64,000 bases of DNA from an uncultured Trueperella sp. (lineage in GTDB: Bacteria; Actinomycetota; Actinomycetes; Actinomycetales; Actinomycetaceae). The stretch covers positions 5,410 through 69,409 of the forward strand of contig CAYFNA010000001.1 in assembly GCA_964344395.1 (NCBI GenBank), written 5' to 3'. The first letter of the stretch is position 1, and the number at the start of each line of letters is the position of its first letter. Under the pieces are notes generated by a model. It ran no database searches. It saw only the letters and a list, made by a program, of their open reading frames with translations, and had not been told where the DNA came from. Below, piece by piece: positions 18,367 through 27,461 of this stretch. The translations under genes were made by a program, and so were the position numbers.

Positions 18367-21033
18367 ATGCGTACCTCAGAGATTCGCAAGCGTTGGCTCG
18401 ATTATTTCCGCAAGAATGATCACGAAATTGTCGATTCCGTTCCGCTCGTCTCGCCAGATCCGTCGATTCTGTTCACGATCGCCGGAATGGTTCCGTTCAT
18501 TCCTTACATTGTGGGAACCGAAGAGGCGCCGTTCCCGCGCGCGGCATCTGTGCAAAAGTGCATCCGTACGAACGACATCGACAACGTCGGGCGCACTACA
18601 CGCCACGGAACGTTCTTCCAGATGTGCGGCAACTTCTCGTTCGGCGATTACTTCAAGGAAGGCGCGATCGATCTTGCGTTCGGCCTGTTGACCACCTCCG
18701 TCGACGACGGCGGCTACGGCCTGGAGAAGGATCGCCTGTGGGTGACGATCTGGGAAGAGGACGACGTCGCCTACAACCACCTTGTCGACGTCGTCGGCGT
18801 GGATCCCGCCCACATCGTCAAGCTGCCACGCGAAGAGAACTTCTGGTCAACGGGCACCCCGGGCCCGGCCGGCCCGTGCGCCGAAATCCACTACGATCGC
18901 GGCCCCGAATACGGCCCCGAGGCCGTTGGCGGCAACGTGGATCCGGGTGGCGATCGCTACCTCGAGATCTGGAACCTCGTGTTCGATGAGTTCCTGCGTG
19001 GCGAAGGCCAGGGCCAAGACTACCCGCTGCTCGGCAAGCTCGAGCAGACCTCGATCGACACCGGCGCTGGCCTCGAGCGCATCGCCTACCTGCTCCAGGG
19101 CAAGAACAACATGTACGAGATCGACGAGGTCTATCCCGTCATCGCAGCCACCGAGAAGCTCACGGGCAAGACGTACGGCGAGGACGAGGAAGACGACGTG
19201 CGCATGCGCATCATCGCCGACCACGTTCGTTCGGCGCTCATGCTTATCGGCGACGGCGTTCGCCCCGGCAACGACGGCCGCGGCTACGTGCTGCGCCGCC
19301 TCATTCGCCGTGCAGTGCGTTCGGTGCGACTCCTTGGCTACGACGACGTCGCACTCCCGCATCTTCTGCCCGAATCCATGAACGTCATGAAGGAGTCCTA
19401 CCCGGAGCTCGAGGCGAACTTCGAGATGATCTCGCAGATCGCCTACGCGGAGGAGAACGCCTTCCGCCGCACGCTCGAATCGGGAACGGCGATCTTCGAC
19501 GTCGCTGTTCAAAAGTCGAAGGACGCAGGCAAGGGCCTTCCCGGCAACACCGCTTTTACTCTGCACGATACGTATGGATTCCCCATCGACCTCACGCTCG
19601 AGATGGCCCACGAGGCCGGAGTCGAGGTGGACGAAGAGGGCTTCCGCGCGCTCATGCAGGAGCAAAAGGATCGCGCCCGCGCCGACGCGCTGGCAAAGAA
19701 GACCGGCCACGTTGACGCATCGGTCTACCACGAGATTGAGGCCAAGTCGGGTGGCACCACCCAGTTCCTCGGCTACACCGACTACTCCGCTGACGGCACC
19801 GTCGTCGCCATCCTCAAGGACGGTCAGCCCGTGCCCGCTGCCGAGGCTCCGGCCGATGTGGACATCGTCTTGGACCAGACGCCGTTCTGGGCGGAGCAGG
19901 GTGGCCAGCAGGCCGACCACGGCACCATTTCAGTCGCTGGCGGCGGCATGCTTGAGGTCGACGACGTCCAGATGCCCGTCAAGGGACTGTTCGTCCACCG
20001 GGCGCGCCTGACTGAGGGAAGCGTCGCGCTCGACGACGCAGTCCACTCGCAGATCGACGTCGACCGCCGAGAGCAGATCGCCCGCGCACACACCTCGACC
20101 CACATGGTTCATCAGGTTCTGCGAGAAACACTCGGCGAGCAAACCACGCAGGCTGGCTCGGAGAATTCGCCCTCCGCACTGCGATTCGATTTCCGCCACG
20201 GCGCACAGATTCCAGCCGAGCAGATGCACGACATCGAGGCGGAGGTGAACTCGAAGCTGCAGGACAACCTTGCTGTGACCGACGAGATCATGAGTCTCGA
20301 TGCCGCGAAGAAGCTTGGTGCCCAGGCGCTGTTTGGCGAGAAATACGGCAACGAGGTCCGCGTCGTGTCGATTGGCGGCCCGTGGAGCCTCGAGCTGTGT
20401 GCCGGCACCCACGTCAAGGAGACCGGCGAGATCGGCCTCGTGACCCTGCTGGGCGAATCCTCGATTGGTTCGGGCATCCGCCGCGTCGAGGCCCTCGTGG
20501 GCCGCGGTGCATACGCCGCCGGCGCGAAGGAGCGCGCGCTGGTCAACCAGCTCACCGGAAAGCTTCGCGTGCGCCCGGAGGAGCTCCCCGAACAGATCGA
20601 TTCGCTCCTTGCCAAGATCAAGCACGCAGAGAAGGAGCTCGCCTCCCTCCGCAGTGAGAAGCTGACCTCCAGCCTCGGCTCACTCGTGGACAACCGCCGC
20701 CAGATCAATGGCGTGTCGGTGATCGCCCACGATTTCGGCCCGGGCGCCGACGCCAACGAGGCACGCCAGATGGCCACCCAGTTGCGCGAACGTTTGGGCG
20801 CCGAGCCCAGCGTCGTCGCGGTGACCGCAACCGCGAAGGGACGCCCGTCGATCGTCGTCGCTACGAATGAGGCGGCGCGTGAGCGCGGCGTGAGCGCGGG
20901 AGCTCTCGTGTCGATCGCGGCGAAGATCCTCGGCGGCGGTGGCGGCGGAAAGCCGGACATGGCCCAGGGTGGCGGAACCGACGCAAGCAAGGTCGGGGAA
21001 GCCCTCGAGGCGATCGTCGCTCAGATCAACTGA
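18367..21033 (+). CDS. alaS: alanine--tRNA ligase
   Basis: 888 aa. FTIAGMVPF, RHGTFFQMCGNFSFGDYFK, editing-domain HTSTH...CAGTH zinc motif, C-terminal DHHA1-like region with GGGGGKPDMAQGGG. Confidence 0.97.
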   Translation: MRTSEIRKRWLDYFRKNDHEIVDSVPLVSPDPSILFTIAGMVPFIPYIVGTEEAPFPRAASVQKCIRTNDIDNVGRTTRHGTFFQMCGNFSFGDYFKEGAIDLAFGLLTTSVDDGGYGLEKDRLWVTIWEEDDVAYNHLVDVVGVDPAHIVKLPREENFWSTGTPGPAGPCAEIHYDRGPEYGPEAVGGNVDPGGDRYLEIWNLVFDEFLRGEGQGQDYPLLGKLEQTSIDTGAGLERIAYLLQGKNNMYEIDEVYPVIAATEKLTGKTYGEDEEDDVRMRIIADHVRSALMLIGDGVRPGNDGRGYVLRRLIRRAVRSVRLLGYDDVALPHLLPESMNVMKESYPELEANFEMISQIAYAEENAFRRTLESGTAIFDVAVQKSKDAGKGLPGNTAFTLHDTYGFPIDLTLEMAHEAGVEVDEEGFRALMQEQKDRARADALAKKTGHVDASVYHEIEAKSGGTTQFLGYTDYSADGTVVAILKDGQPVPAAEAPADVDIVLDQTPFWAEQGGQQADHGTISVAGGGMLEVDDVQMPVKGLFVHRARLTEGSVALDDAVHSQIDVDRREQIARAHTSTHMVHQVLRETLGEQTTQAGSENSPSALRFDFRHGAQIPAEQMHDIEAEVNSKLQDNLAVTDEIMSLDAAKKLGAQALFGEKYGNEVRVVSIGGPWSLELCAGTHVKETGEIGLVTLLGESSIGSGIRRVEALVGRGAYAAGAKERALVNQLTGKLRVRPEELPEQIDSLLAKIKHAEKELASLRSEKLTSSLGSLVDNRRQINGVSVIAHDFGPGADANEARQMATQLRERLGAEPSVVAVTATAKGRPSIVVATNEAARERGVSAGALVSIAAKILGGGGGGKPDMAQGGGTDASKVGEALEAIVAQIN

Positions 21034-21035
21034 CG

Positions 21036-21500
21036 ATGAGGCCCGGGGTACGTATCGGCGTAGACGTCGGCAAGGTGCGTGTCGGGGTCGCTCGAAGCGA
21101 CGCCGCGGGCATCCTTGCCACTCCGTATGCCACGTTGAAGGCGGGTCGCGGAGACCTCGACTCGGTCGCGAAGCTTGTGCGCGAAACTGAGGCTCTCGAG
21201 GTCATCGTGGGGTTACCTCTGAATATGGACGGAACCGAAGGCCCATCGGCGAAAGCGGCGCGCAAGTGGGCTCGCCGTTTATTCCGGAGAATTGAGCCGG
21301 TTACGGTTAGAATGCTCGATGAACGACTCTCGAGTGTTCAAGCCCACCGGCAGTTGCACGAGGCGGGGCGAAAGGAAATCGCCCACCGCGCCGTCGTGGA
21401 TCAGGTGGCGGCCGTGATCATTCTAGAGAACGCACTCGAATACGAACGAACGAGCGGTCAGGCACCTGGCCAGCCAGTCGGGCCATCCGCGGAGGGATAA
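21036..21500 (+). CDS. ruvX: Holliday junction resolvase-like nuclease RuvX (YqgF)
   Basis: GVDVGKVRVGVA N-terminus, IVGLPLNMDGTEG, DERLSSV. Conserved position after alaS. Confidence 0.9.
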   Translation: MRPGVRIGVDVGKVRVGVARSDAAGILATPYATLKAGRGDLDSVAKLVRETEALEVIVGLPLNMDGTEGPSAKAARKWARRLFRRIEPVTVRMLDERLSSVQAHRQLHEAGRKEIAHRAVVDQVAAVIILENALEYERTSGQAPGQPVGPSAEG

Positions 21501-21501
21501 A

Positions 21502-22674
21502 GTGTCTGAACTTTTTGATCAACTCCCTGATAACAGGAGACGACCCAAGCGAAAGAACTCCGCGCGTGCGCAAAGTCGGAGCAAAGGCCACACGCGTGCC
21601 ACGATCGTGCTGTTCATCGCCGTCTTCCTCCTCGTCTTCTCGGCCGTCTTGGCGTGGCCACACGTGAAAACGTTGCTCGACCTCGAGGTGCCCAGCGCCG
21701 ATGATTACTCGGGCGAGGGAACTGGCGAAGTGGTTATTACGATTCCGGAAGGGTCAACGGGATCGGACATCGCGGCGATCCTCATGGCGAACGACGTGGT
21801 GGCATCCGAGACCGCGTTCATCGACGCGTTCAACGCGGATCGCCGGGCATCGTCGATTCAGGCCGGTAGCTACGCGATGAAGAATCAGATGTCTGCCTCC
21901 GCCGCCGTGGCGAGCCTGCTGGATCCGGCGAATCGCGCCGAGGTCAGCATTACGATTCCGGAGGGCTTCACCACGGATCAGGTGGCCGCGCGTCTCGTCA
22001 ACGTCATGGGCTATGACGCCGCCGAGGTGGAGGCCGTCCTCGCCGATCCCGCGGCGCTCGGCCTGCCCGAGGAAGCGGGAGGCAACCCCGAGGGATGGCT
22101 CTCGCCGGTCACGTACTCCTTCGCGCCGGACACAACCGCGCAAGAGGCGCTATCGACGATGGTCAGCCAGCGTACGAGCGAGCTCACAAACCTCGGCATT
22201 CCGCCGGAGGACTGGGAGCGGACCATCATCGTAGCCTCGATCGTGGAGCGCGAGGTCAACTGGCCCGAGTACTACGGCCAGGTCGCGCGCGTCATCGAGA
22301 ATCGACTGACGGACACCACCCAGGTTGAGGGCCGCCTGCAGATGGATTCAACCGTGCTGTACGGCGTCGGCAAGACCGGCGGCGTGCCCACCCAAGAGGA
22401 CCTCGCGGCGGACAACCCGTACAACACTTACATTCACGCCGGGCTGCCTCCTGCTCCGATCTCGAATCCGGGCATCGAAGTCATCGGGGCTTCGTACAAT
22501 CCGCCGGAGGGCGACTGGCTCTACTTCGTGACCACCAACCTAGAAACGGGCGAGACGAAGTTCTCCACCACTCTCGATGAGCACGACGTCTACGTCCAAG
22601 AACTGCGCGACTGGGTTGCGGCCAACCCTGCGGCGGCCGAGTCCGCGGAGGAAGCGGAGAACGAAGGCAATTGA
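21502..22674 (+). CDS. mltG: endolytic murein transglycosylase MltG (YceG-like)
   Basis: N-terminal TM anchor and YceG domain signatures (ASIVEREV, NPYNTYIHAGLPPAPISNPG). Confidence 0.9.
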   Translation: MSELFDQLPDNRRRPKRKNSARAQSRSKGHTRATIVLFIAVFLLVFSAVLAWPHVKTLLDLEVPSADDYSGEGTGEVVITIPEGSTGSDIAAILMANDVVASETAFIDAFNADRRASSIQAGSYAMKNQMSASAAVASLLDPANRAEVSITIPEGFTTDQVAARLVNVMGYDAAEVEAVLADPAALGLPEEAGGNPEGWLSPVTYSFAPDTTAQEALSTMVSQRTSELTNLGIPPEDWERTIIVASIVEREVNWPEYYGQVARVIENRLTDTTQVEGRLQMDSTVLYGVGKTGGVPTQEDLAADNPYNTYIHAGLPPAPISNPGIEVIGASYNPPEGDWLYFVTTNLETGETKFSTTLDEHDVYVQELRDWVAANPAAAESAEEAENEGN

Positions 22675-23378
22675 CGTTCGGAGTTATCGGGCTCGATCCG
22701 GCCCCGTTTGTGGTGAACGGCGACGACGTCGTTCACCATCCAGCCGGCGAACCAGCGAGCTTTCTGAAGGAGCTAACGGATCTGTCCGGCTTCGCGCTCG
22801 AGCTCACGGCCGATCCTGCGCTGAGAGCCGGATGCGATTTCCTCGACGGAATTGCTACGCGCGTGGGGGCCCTCGACACGATCGCGTTCCAGCCTGCGGG
22901 TGCTTCGCAGCTCGTCGTCGGCTTCGCAGCCCTGCCTGGAGCGTTGGGTCGGGCGATAACCGATGTGCTTGGCGAGCACGCAGGTCGGGGAGAATCGGCG
23001 GCGACGGCCGTGATCGTCGGTGCGGGGGAGAGCGCTGGCTGTGCCATCGCCGCGGCTGTTCAACACGGTTTCTCCTCGATTGTTGTTGCTGCTGATTTGC
23101 CCGGCCCGGCGGTCGGCGCCGCCCACCGGATGGATCTCGACGTCGACCTGGTTCGCCTCGCGTCCCTACGCGATGCGCCCGTGGACCTCCTGATCAATAC
23201 TCTCGAGACGCAGGTTGAGGCCACGCCGCGTGCCGTCTGCGATTTGACGGGCGCGTGGGATGGATTCGCAGGGTCGTACGTCTCGCCGCAATTGATCACA
23301 GCCCATCAGCGCCAGGATCAGGTGCGCGTGCTCACCGGAAAGAGTCCACAGCTCGACGACCTGTTGGTGGTTCTCTAA
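22671..23378 (+). CDS. shikimate dehydrogenase-like protein (degenerate AroE homologue)
   Basis: It occupies the syntenic aroE position after mltG. The Rossmann-like IVGAGESAG and DLLINT segments are retained, but the SKSP, NVTxPxK and GDNTD motifs are not recognisable. Only 235 aa. Confidence 0.55.
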   Translation: MTFGVIGLDPAPFVVNGDDVVHHPAGEPASFLKELTDLSGFALELTADPALRAGCDFLDGIATRVGALDTIAFQPAGASQLVVGFAALPGALGRAITDVLGEHAGRGESAATAVIVGAGESAGCAIAAAVQHGFSSIVVAADLPGPAVGAAHRMDLDVDLVRLASLRDAPVDLLINTLETQVEATPRAVCDLTGAWDGFAGSYVSPQLITAHQRQDQVRVLTGKSPQLDDLLVVL

Positions 23379-23430
23379 CGGCTGTGGATAAGTGGGGCGG
23401 TACTTGCGCGGCGCCCACTAGCGTCAGGGC

Positions 23431-24024
23431 ATGGCTCCTCATCCCTTGCTCTACAACTCACTGACGAATCGGCAGGCCGCTGCCCTGTCACTGGGCGTTG
23501 CCCTCGTGACGATCCTCGTCGTCGTCGTTCCGGTGGCCGCCGGGGGATCGGCGCCGGACGCGCTGGGCTCGTGGCTCACTGGCGTATTTGCAATGGGCTG
23601 TGCGGTGGCCTTCTATATTCCGCTGGCGATCAATTCGTGGATTGACGCTCGCCGCCACGTCCTGTTGAAGAACTGGACACATCTTGCCGCGGCGGCGTGG
23701 CTGGTTGCTCTCACCGTTGGCGACCACCGCATCGCCGCCATTGTTTCGGCCATCGCGATCGGTGCGCCGTTTGTGGCGGTGTCGGCGCTTTCTCGCGGCC
23801 GACTGATCGGAATGGGCGATGCCCGCCTGCTCGTGGTGTTGGCCGGATGGAATGGGCTGTGGGCGCCGTGGGGAGCGGTGATCATGCTCGTGGCCGGCTT
23901 CGGACTTCACGCCCTTGCTGTGCTAGTGCTGGCGCTGCGTCGGCGCGTGAGACTGCGCGATCGGCACCCCTTGGGACCCGCGCTCGTGCTGGGTTCGTGG
24001 CTGGTCTGGGCTCTCATGGCCTGA
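23431..24024 (+). CDS. A24-family prepilin peptidase-like membrane protein
   Basis: Polytopic membrane protein with an Asp in INSWIDARR and GMGDARLLVVLAGW (catalytic Asp-pair pattern). Conserved position between aroE and aroC. Confidence 0.7.
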   Translation: MAPHPLLYNSLTNRQAAALSLGVALVTILVVVVPVAAGGSAPDALGSWLTGVFAMGCAVAFYIPLAINSWIDARRHVLLKNWTHLAAAAWLVALTVGDHRIAAIVSAIAIGAPFVAVSALSRGRLIGMGDARLLVVLAGWNGLWAPWGAVIMLVAGFGLHALAVLVLALRRRVRLRDRHPLGPALVLGSWLVWALMA

Positions 24025-24066
24025 CCCGGTGGCGCACCTGCCCGGCGAAACTGGCACAATAGGGGC

Positions 24067-25281
24067 ATGATTCGGTGGAGTACAGCAGGAGAGTCGCACG
24101 GGCGAGCACTCGTTGCACTGTTTGAGGGAATGCCCGCAGGTGTTGAGATCACGAGTGAGGACATCGCGCACGCCCTGTGGCGTCGCCGCCTGGGATACGG
24201 GCGCGGTTCGCGTCAGAAGTTCGAGCAAGATGAGCTGACGATCCTCTCCGGCATCCGCCACGGCCGCACGCTCGGTTCCCCGATCGCACTCGAAATCGGG
24301 AACTCGGAGTGGCCCAAGTGGGAGGTCGTCATGAGTCCCGATCCCGTCCCCGCCGATTCCTTGCTCGTGGACGCCGGGACGGGCGATGAACGAGAGGTCT
24401 CGCGCAACAAACCGCTGACCCGGCCGCGTCCGGGGCACGCTGACCTCGTCGGCATGAACAAGTACGGCTTCGACTCGGCGCGCGAAGTCCTCGAGCGGGC
24501 CTCCGCGCGCGAAACCGCCGCCCGGGTCGCCGTCGGCGAACTGGCGAAGCAGCTTCTGCGCCAAGCGGCGGGGATTGAGATCGTCTCGCAGGTCGTCGAG
24601 TTAGGATCCGTCGCCGCTCCCGAGGGCCTCGCACTCGCCGAGCCAGGCGATGGGCCAGCTCTCGACGAGTCGGACGTGCGCCAACTCGATTCGGACCTCG
24701 CAGATGCCTTCCGCGCCGAGGTCGACGCGGCGAAAGCCGACGCCGACACGCTCGGTGGAGTCGTGGAAGTCGTTGCGTGGAACGTTCCGCAGGGTCTTGG
24801 CACGTACGTGCGCGGCTCGGACAAACTCGATGCCCGACTTGCCGGTGCACTCATGTCGATCCAGGCCGTCAAGGGCGTAGAGATCGGCGATGGATTTGCC
24901 ACCGCCCGCCGCCGTGGTTCGGTTGCTCACGACGAGATCGTGCGCGAAAATGGAGCGATTGCCAGGGAAACCAACCGCGCCGGCGGGATCGAGGGCGGGA
25001 TGTCCAACGGCGAGCCCGTCGTCGCGCGCGTCGCCTATAAGCCGATCTCGACTGTTCCGCGCGCGCTTCGCACGATCGACGTCGCCACAGGAGAGGAAGC
25101 CACCGCGCTTCATCAGCGTTCCGACACGACCGCCGTCGTTCCCGGAGCCGTCATCGCGGAGGCGATGGTGGCGATCGTGCTCGCCGAAGCGCTCGTCGAG
25201 AAATTCGGCGGGGACTCGCTCGCAGAAATCCAGCGAAATATCGAAGGTTGGTGGCAGGCGCTGCCAGAGGTGCGAAGATAA
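24067..25281 (+). CDS. aroC: chorismate synthase
   Basis: [44 protein letters not shown] signatures; 404 aa. Confidence 0.96.
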   Translation: MIRWSTAGESHGRALVALFEGMPAGVEITSEDIAHALWRRRLGYGRGSRQKFEQDELTILSGIRHGRTLGSPIALEIGNSEWPKWEVVMSPDPVPADSLLVDAGTGDEREVSRNKPLTRPRPGHADLVGMNKYGFDSAREVLERASARETAARVAVGELAKQLLRQAAGIEIVSQVVELGSVAAPEGLALAEPGDGPALDESDVRQLDSDLADAFRAEVDAAKADADTLGGVVEVVAWNVPQGLGTYVRGSDKLDARLAGALMSIQAVKGVEIGDGFATARRRGSVAHDEIVRENGAIARETNRAGGIEGGMSNGEPVVARVAYKPISTVPRALRTIDVATGEEATALHQRSDTTAVVPGAVIAEAMVAIVLAEALVEKFGGDSLAEIQRNIEGWWQALPEVRR

Positions 25282-26846
25282 TGGCGCCTCGCGCAATATT
25301 CATCGGCATGCCCGGTGCGGGCAAGTCGACGGTGGGTCGCAGGGTGGCAAAAACTCTGGGCCTTGACTTTCGAGATTCCGACGAGCTCATCGTCACCCGC
25401 GAGGGAATGAGTGTCGAGGACATCTTTTCCACCCGCGGAGAGAGCGGATTCCGAGAGGCGGAAGCGGACGCGATCGAATGGGCGATCAACGAATTCGACG
25501 GCGTGCTCGCACTCGGCGGCGGCGCCGTCACCCACGAGCGAACCCGCGCCATGCTGGCCGACCAGCACGTGATCCTCATCGAGGCCACGGACGAAGAACT
25601 GACGCGCCGGGTCAGCCGCTCTCGAACCGTGCGCCCGCTGCTCCAACACAATCCGCGCCAGGGCATCCAGCGCCTGCGTCGGCAACGATCAACGATTTAC
25701 CACAGCGTGGCAAGCTACGTTGTGCTCTCCGACGCGCGTCCCGTGGCGCGCATCGTAAACGAAGTGGTGGACCATTTGAACAGTTCATATACCCGAATTC
25801 CCGTGGGCGGCGACCAGCCCTACGACGTCGTGATTGGCCGCGAGCTCGTCAACGAGGTCGTGCGCCTGGCGAGCACGAAGGCGGCCAGCCTCGTTGTTTT
25901 TAGCGAGGACGTGCGCCGGTACGCCGAGCCGATTATTACCGAGCTGACGATCGCCGACATCCCGGTGGCGACCTTCGTCGTTCCGAGCGGCGAGGATGCC
26001 AAGACGGCCGACGTCATCATCGACGGCTGGTTCGCGGCGGGCGAGGCCGGTATCGGGCGCGACGGCGTGGTGATCGCCATCGGAGGTGGCGCGACGACGG
26101 ACATGGGCGGCTTCCTTGCCGCAACGTGGCTGCGCGGCGTCTCCGTCATCCAAGTACCCACCACGTTGCTCGCGATGGTCGACGCCGCCGTGGGCGGCAA
26201 GACCGGCATCAACTCCACGCACGGCAAGAACCTCGTGGGCTCGTTCCATCCGCCCATCGGCGTCTTCGCCGACGTCGATACGCTTGCGACGCTCGACCCC
26301 GCGGAAATTCGAGCCGGTATGGGCGAGGTAGCCAAGTGCGGGTTCATCGCGGACGCGGAGATCACGCGGATCATTTCCGAATCCGACGATCCGTTGAGCG
26401 ACGCGGCGCTCTTTGAGCTCATCGCTCGCTCGGTGCAGGTCAAGGCCGACGTTGTCTCAGCAGACCTGCGCGAATCGGGTCAGCGCGAATTCCTTAACTA
26501 CGGCCACACGCTCGCACACGCCATCGAGCTGAGTTCGAACTACGGCGTTCGCCACGGCGAGGCGGTGTCAATCGGATGCGTCTTCGCCGCCGCGCTCGCC
26601 GAAGCCGCCGGCGTCGCGCCCGCTGGCCTAGCCGACCACCACCGCGCGATTCTTGCCCGGCTTGATCTGCCAACGAGCTACTCGGGCGTGAGCCGCGAGG
26701 ACGTGCTTGCCATCATGCACTCGGATAAGAAGGTCCGGGATGGCAAACTGCGCTTTATTGTCCTGCGTGAATTGGGTGCGCCGGAGATTCTTGTGGCGCC
26801 CACGAGCGAGCAGCTTGACGCTGCATTTGAGGAGGTCGGGCTGTGA
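25281..26846 (+). CDS. aroKB: bifunctional shikimate kinase / 3-dehydroquinate synthase (fusion)
   Basis: N-terminal shikimate kinase domain (IFIGMPGAGKSTVGRRVA, DSD, GGGAV, RPLL) fused in one frame to AroB (GGGATTDMGGF, PTTLLAMVDAAVGGKTGIN, HGHTLAHAIE, HGEAVSIG). The ATG at 25281 overlaps the aroC stop (TAATG). Confidence 0.92.
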   Translation: MAPRAIFIGMPGAGKSTVGRRVAKTLGLDFRDSDELIVTREGMSVEDIFSTRGESGFREAEADAIEWAINEFDGVLALGGGAVTHERTRAMLADQHVILIEATDEELTRRVSRSRTVRPLLQHNPRQGIQRLRRQRSTIYHSVASYVVLSDARPVARIVNEVVDHLNSSYTRIPVGGDQPYDVVIGRELVNEVVRLASTKAASLVVFSEDVRRYAEPIITELTIADIPVATFVVPSGEDAKTADVIIDGWFAAGEAGIGRDGVVIAIGGGATTDMGGFLAATWLRGVSVIQVPTTLLAMVDAAVGGKTGINSTHGKNLVGSFHPPIGVFADVDTLATLDPAEIRAGMGEVAKCGFIADAEITRIISESDDPLSDAALFELIARSVQVKADVVSADLRESGQREFLNYGHTLAHAIELSSNYGVRHGEAVSIGCVFAAALAEAAGVAPAGLADHHRAILARLDLPTSYSGVSREDVLAIMHSDKKVRDGKLRFIVLRELGAPEILVAPTSEQLDAAFEEVGL

Positions 26847-27391
26847 GCGCGATTATTCTGATCGGTCCGTCGGGGACTGGCAAGAGCGCCGTCGTCACCG
26901 AATTGGGGGAGCGCGGCTGGACGGCCGCGGACGTGGAAGACGCCGTGGCCCGCCGCAACGGCGTGAGTCTTGACGATTTTTACGTGCTTGTGGAGGAACG
27001 CGAGCGCAACGAGGCGATCCGCGCGGAGCTCCACGCGTTCTTCGACGACATCGAGGCCGAGCCCGACGAGCTGTGGGCGCTGGCGATTCCCTCGGGAGGC
27101 CTTGGCACCTCCCTCGACGACGACTTCCAGGACATCCGCGATCGCCTCGCGGCGCTGCCGCAGGCCACGATCGTCCACCTGAGCGCGGATCTGTCCACGC
27201 TCGTCACCCGCAACGGACTCATTGGCCCACGCTCGGGAGCGATGGTCATGCCTCGCAAGGAATTCCGGATCATGATGGAGGCGCGCCAGCCAGTTTATGA
27301 CTCGGTGGCCACTCACGTTTGTGATACAACGGGCCGCACTCCGGCCGAGTCGGCCGAGGAGATCATCTCCTTCGTTCAGCAAGGAAAATAG
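26843..27391 (+). CDS. shikimate-kinase-like P-loop protein (diverged paralogue)
   Basis: P-loop IILIGPSGTGKSAV and overall shikimate kinase-length architecture. The shikimate-binding DxD, GGG and RPLL positions are replaced (DVE, SGGLG, GPRSG). The start overlaps the upstream stop (GTGA). Confidence 0.55.
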   Translation: MSAIILIGPSGTGKSAVVTELGERGWTAADVEDAVARRNGVSLDDFYVLVEERERNEAIRAELHAFFDDIEAEPDELWALAIPSGGLGTSLDDDFQDIRDRLAALPQATIVHLSADLSTLVTRNGLIGPRSGAMVMPRKEFRIMMEARQPVYDSVATHVCDTTGRTPAESAEEIISFVQQGK

Positions 27392-27461
27392 TCGCATCCA
27401 GCGAAGATAGGGGAGCCTAACCTTCGTTGTTTGTGGACTGACTCTAAAATAAGATCGAGTC

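Noticed and set aside
20714-20735. TGTCGGTG octamer inside alaS. A second copy lies at 49033-49040 inside pafC
   Set aside because: Both are intragenic. The hexamer 8 nt downstream (CGATTT and CTTCCA respectively) does not fit TAnnnT, so neither was treated as a PafBC-type promoter.
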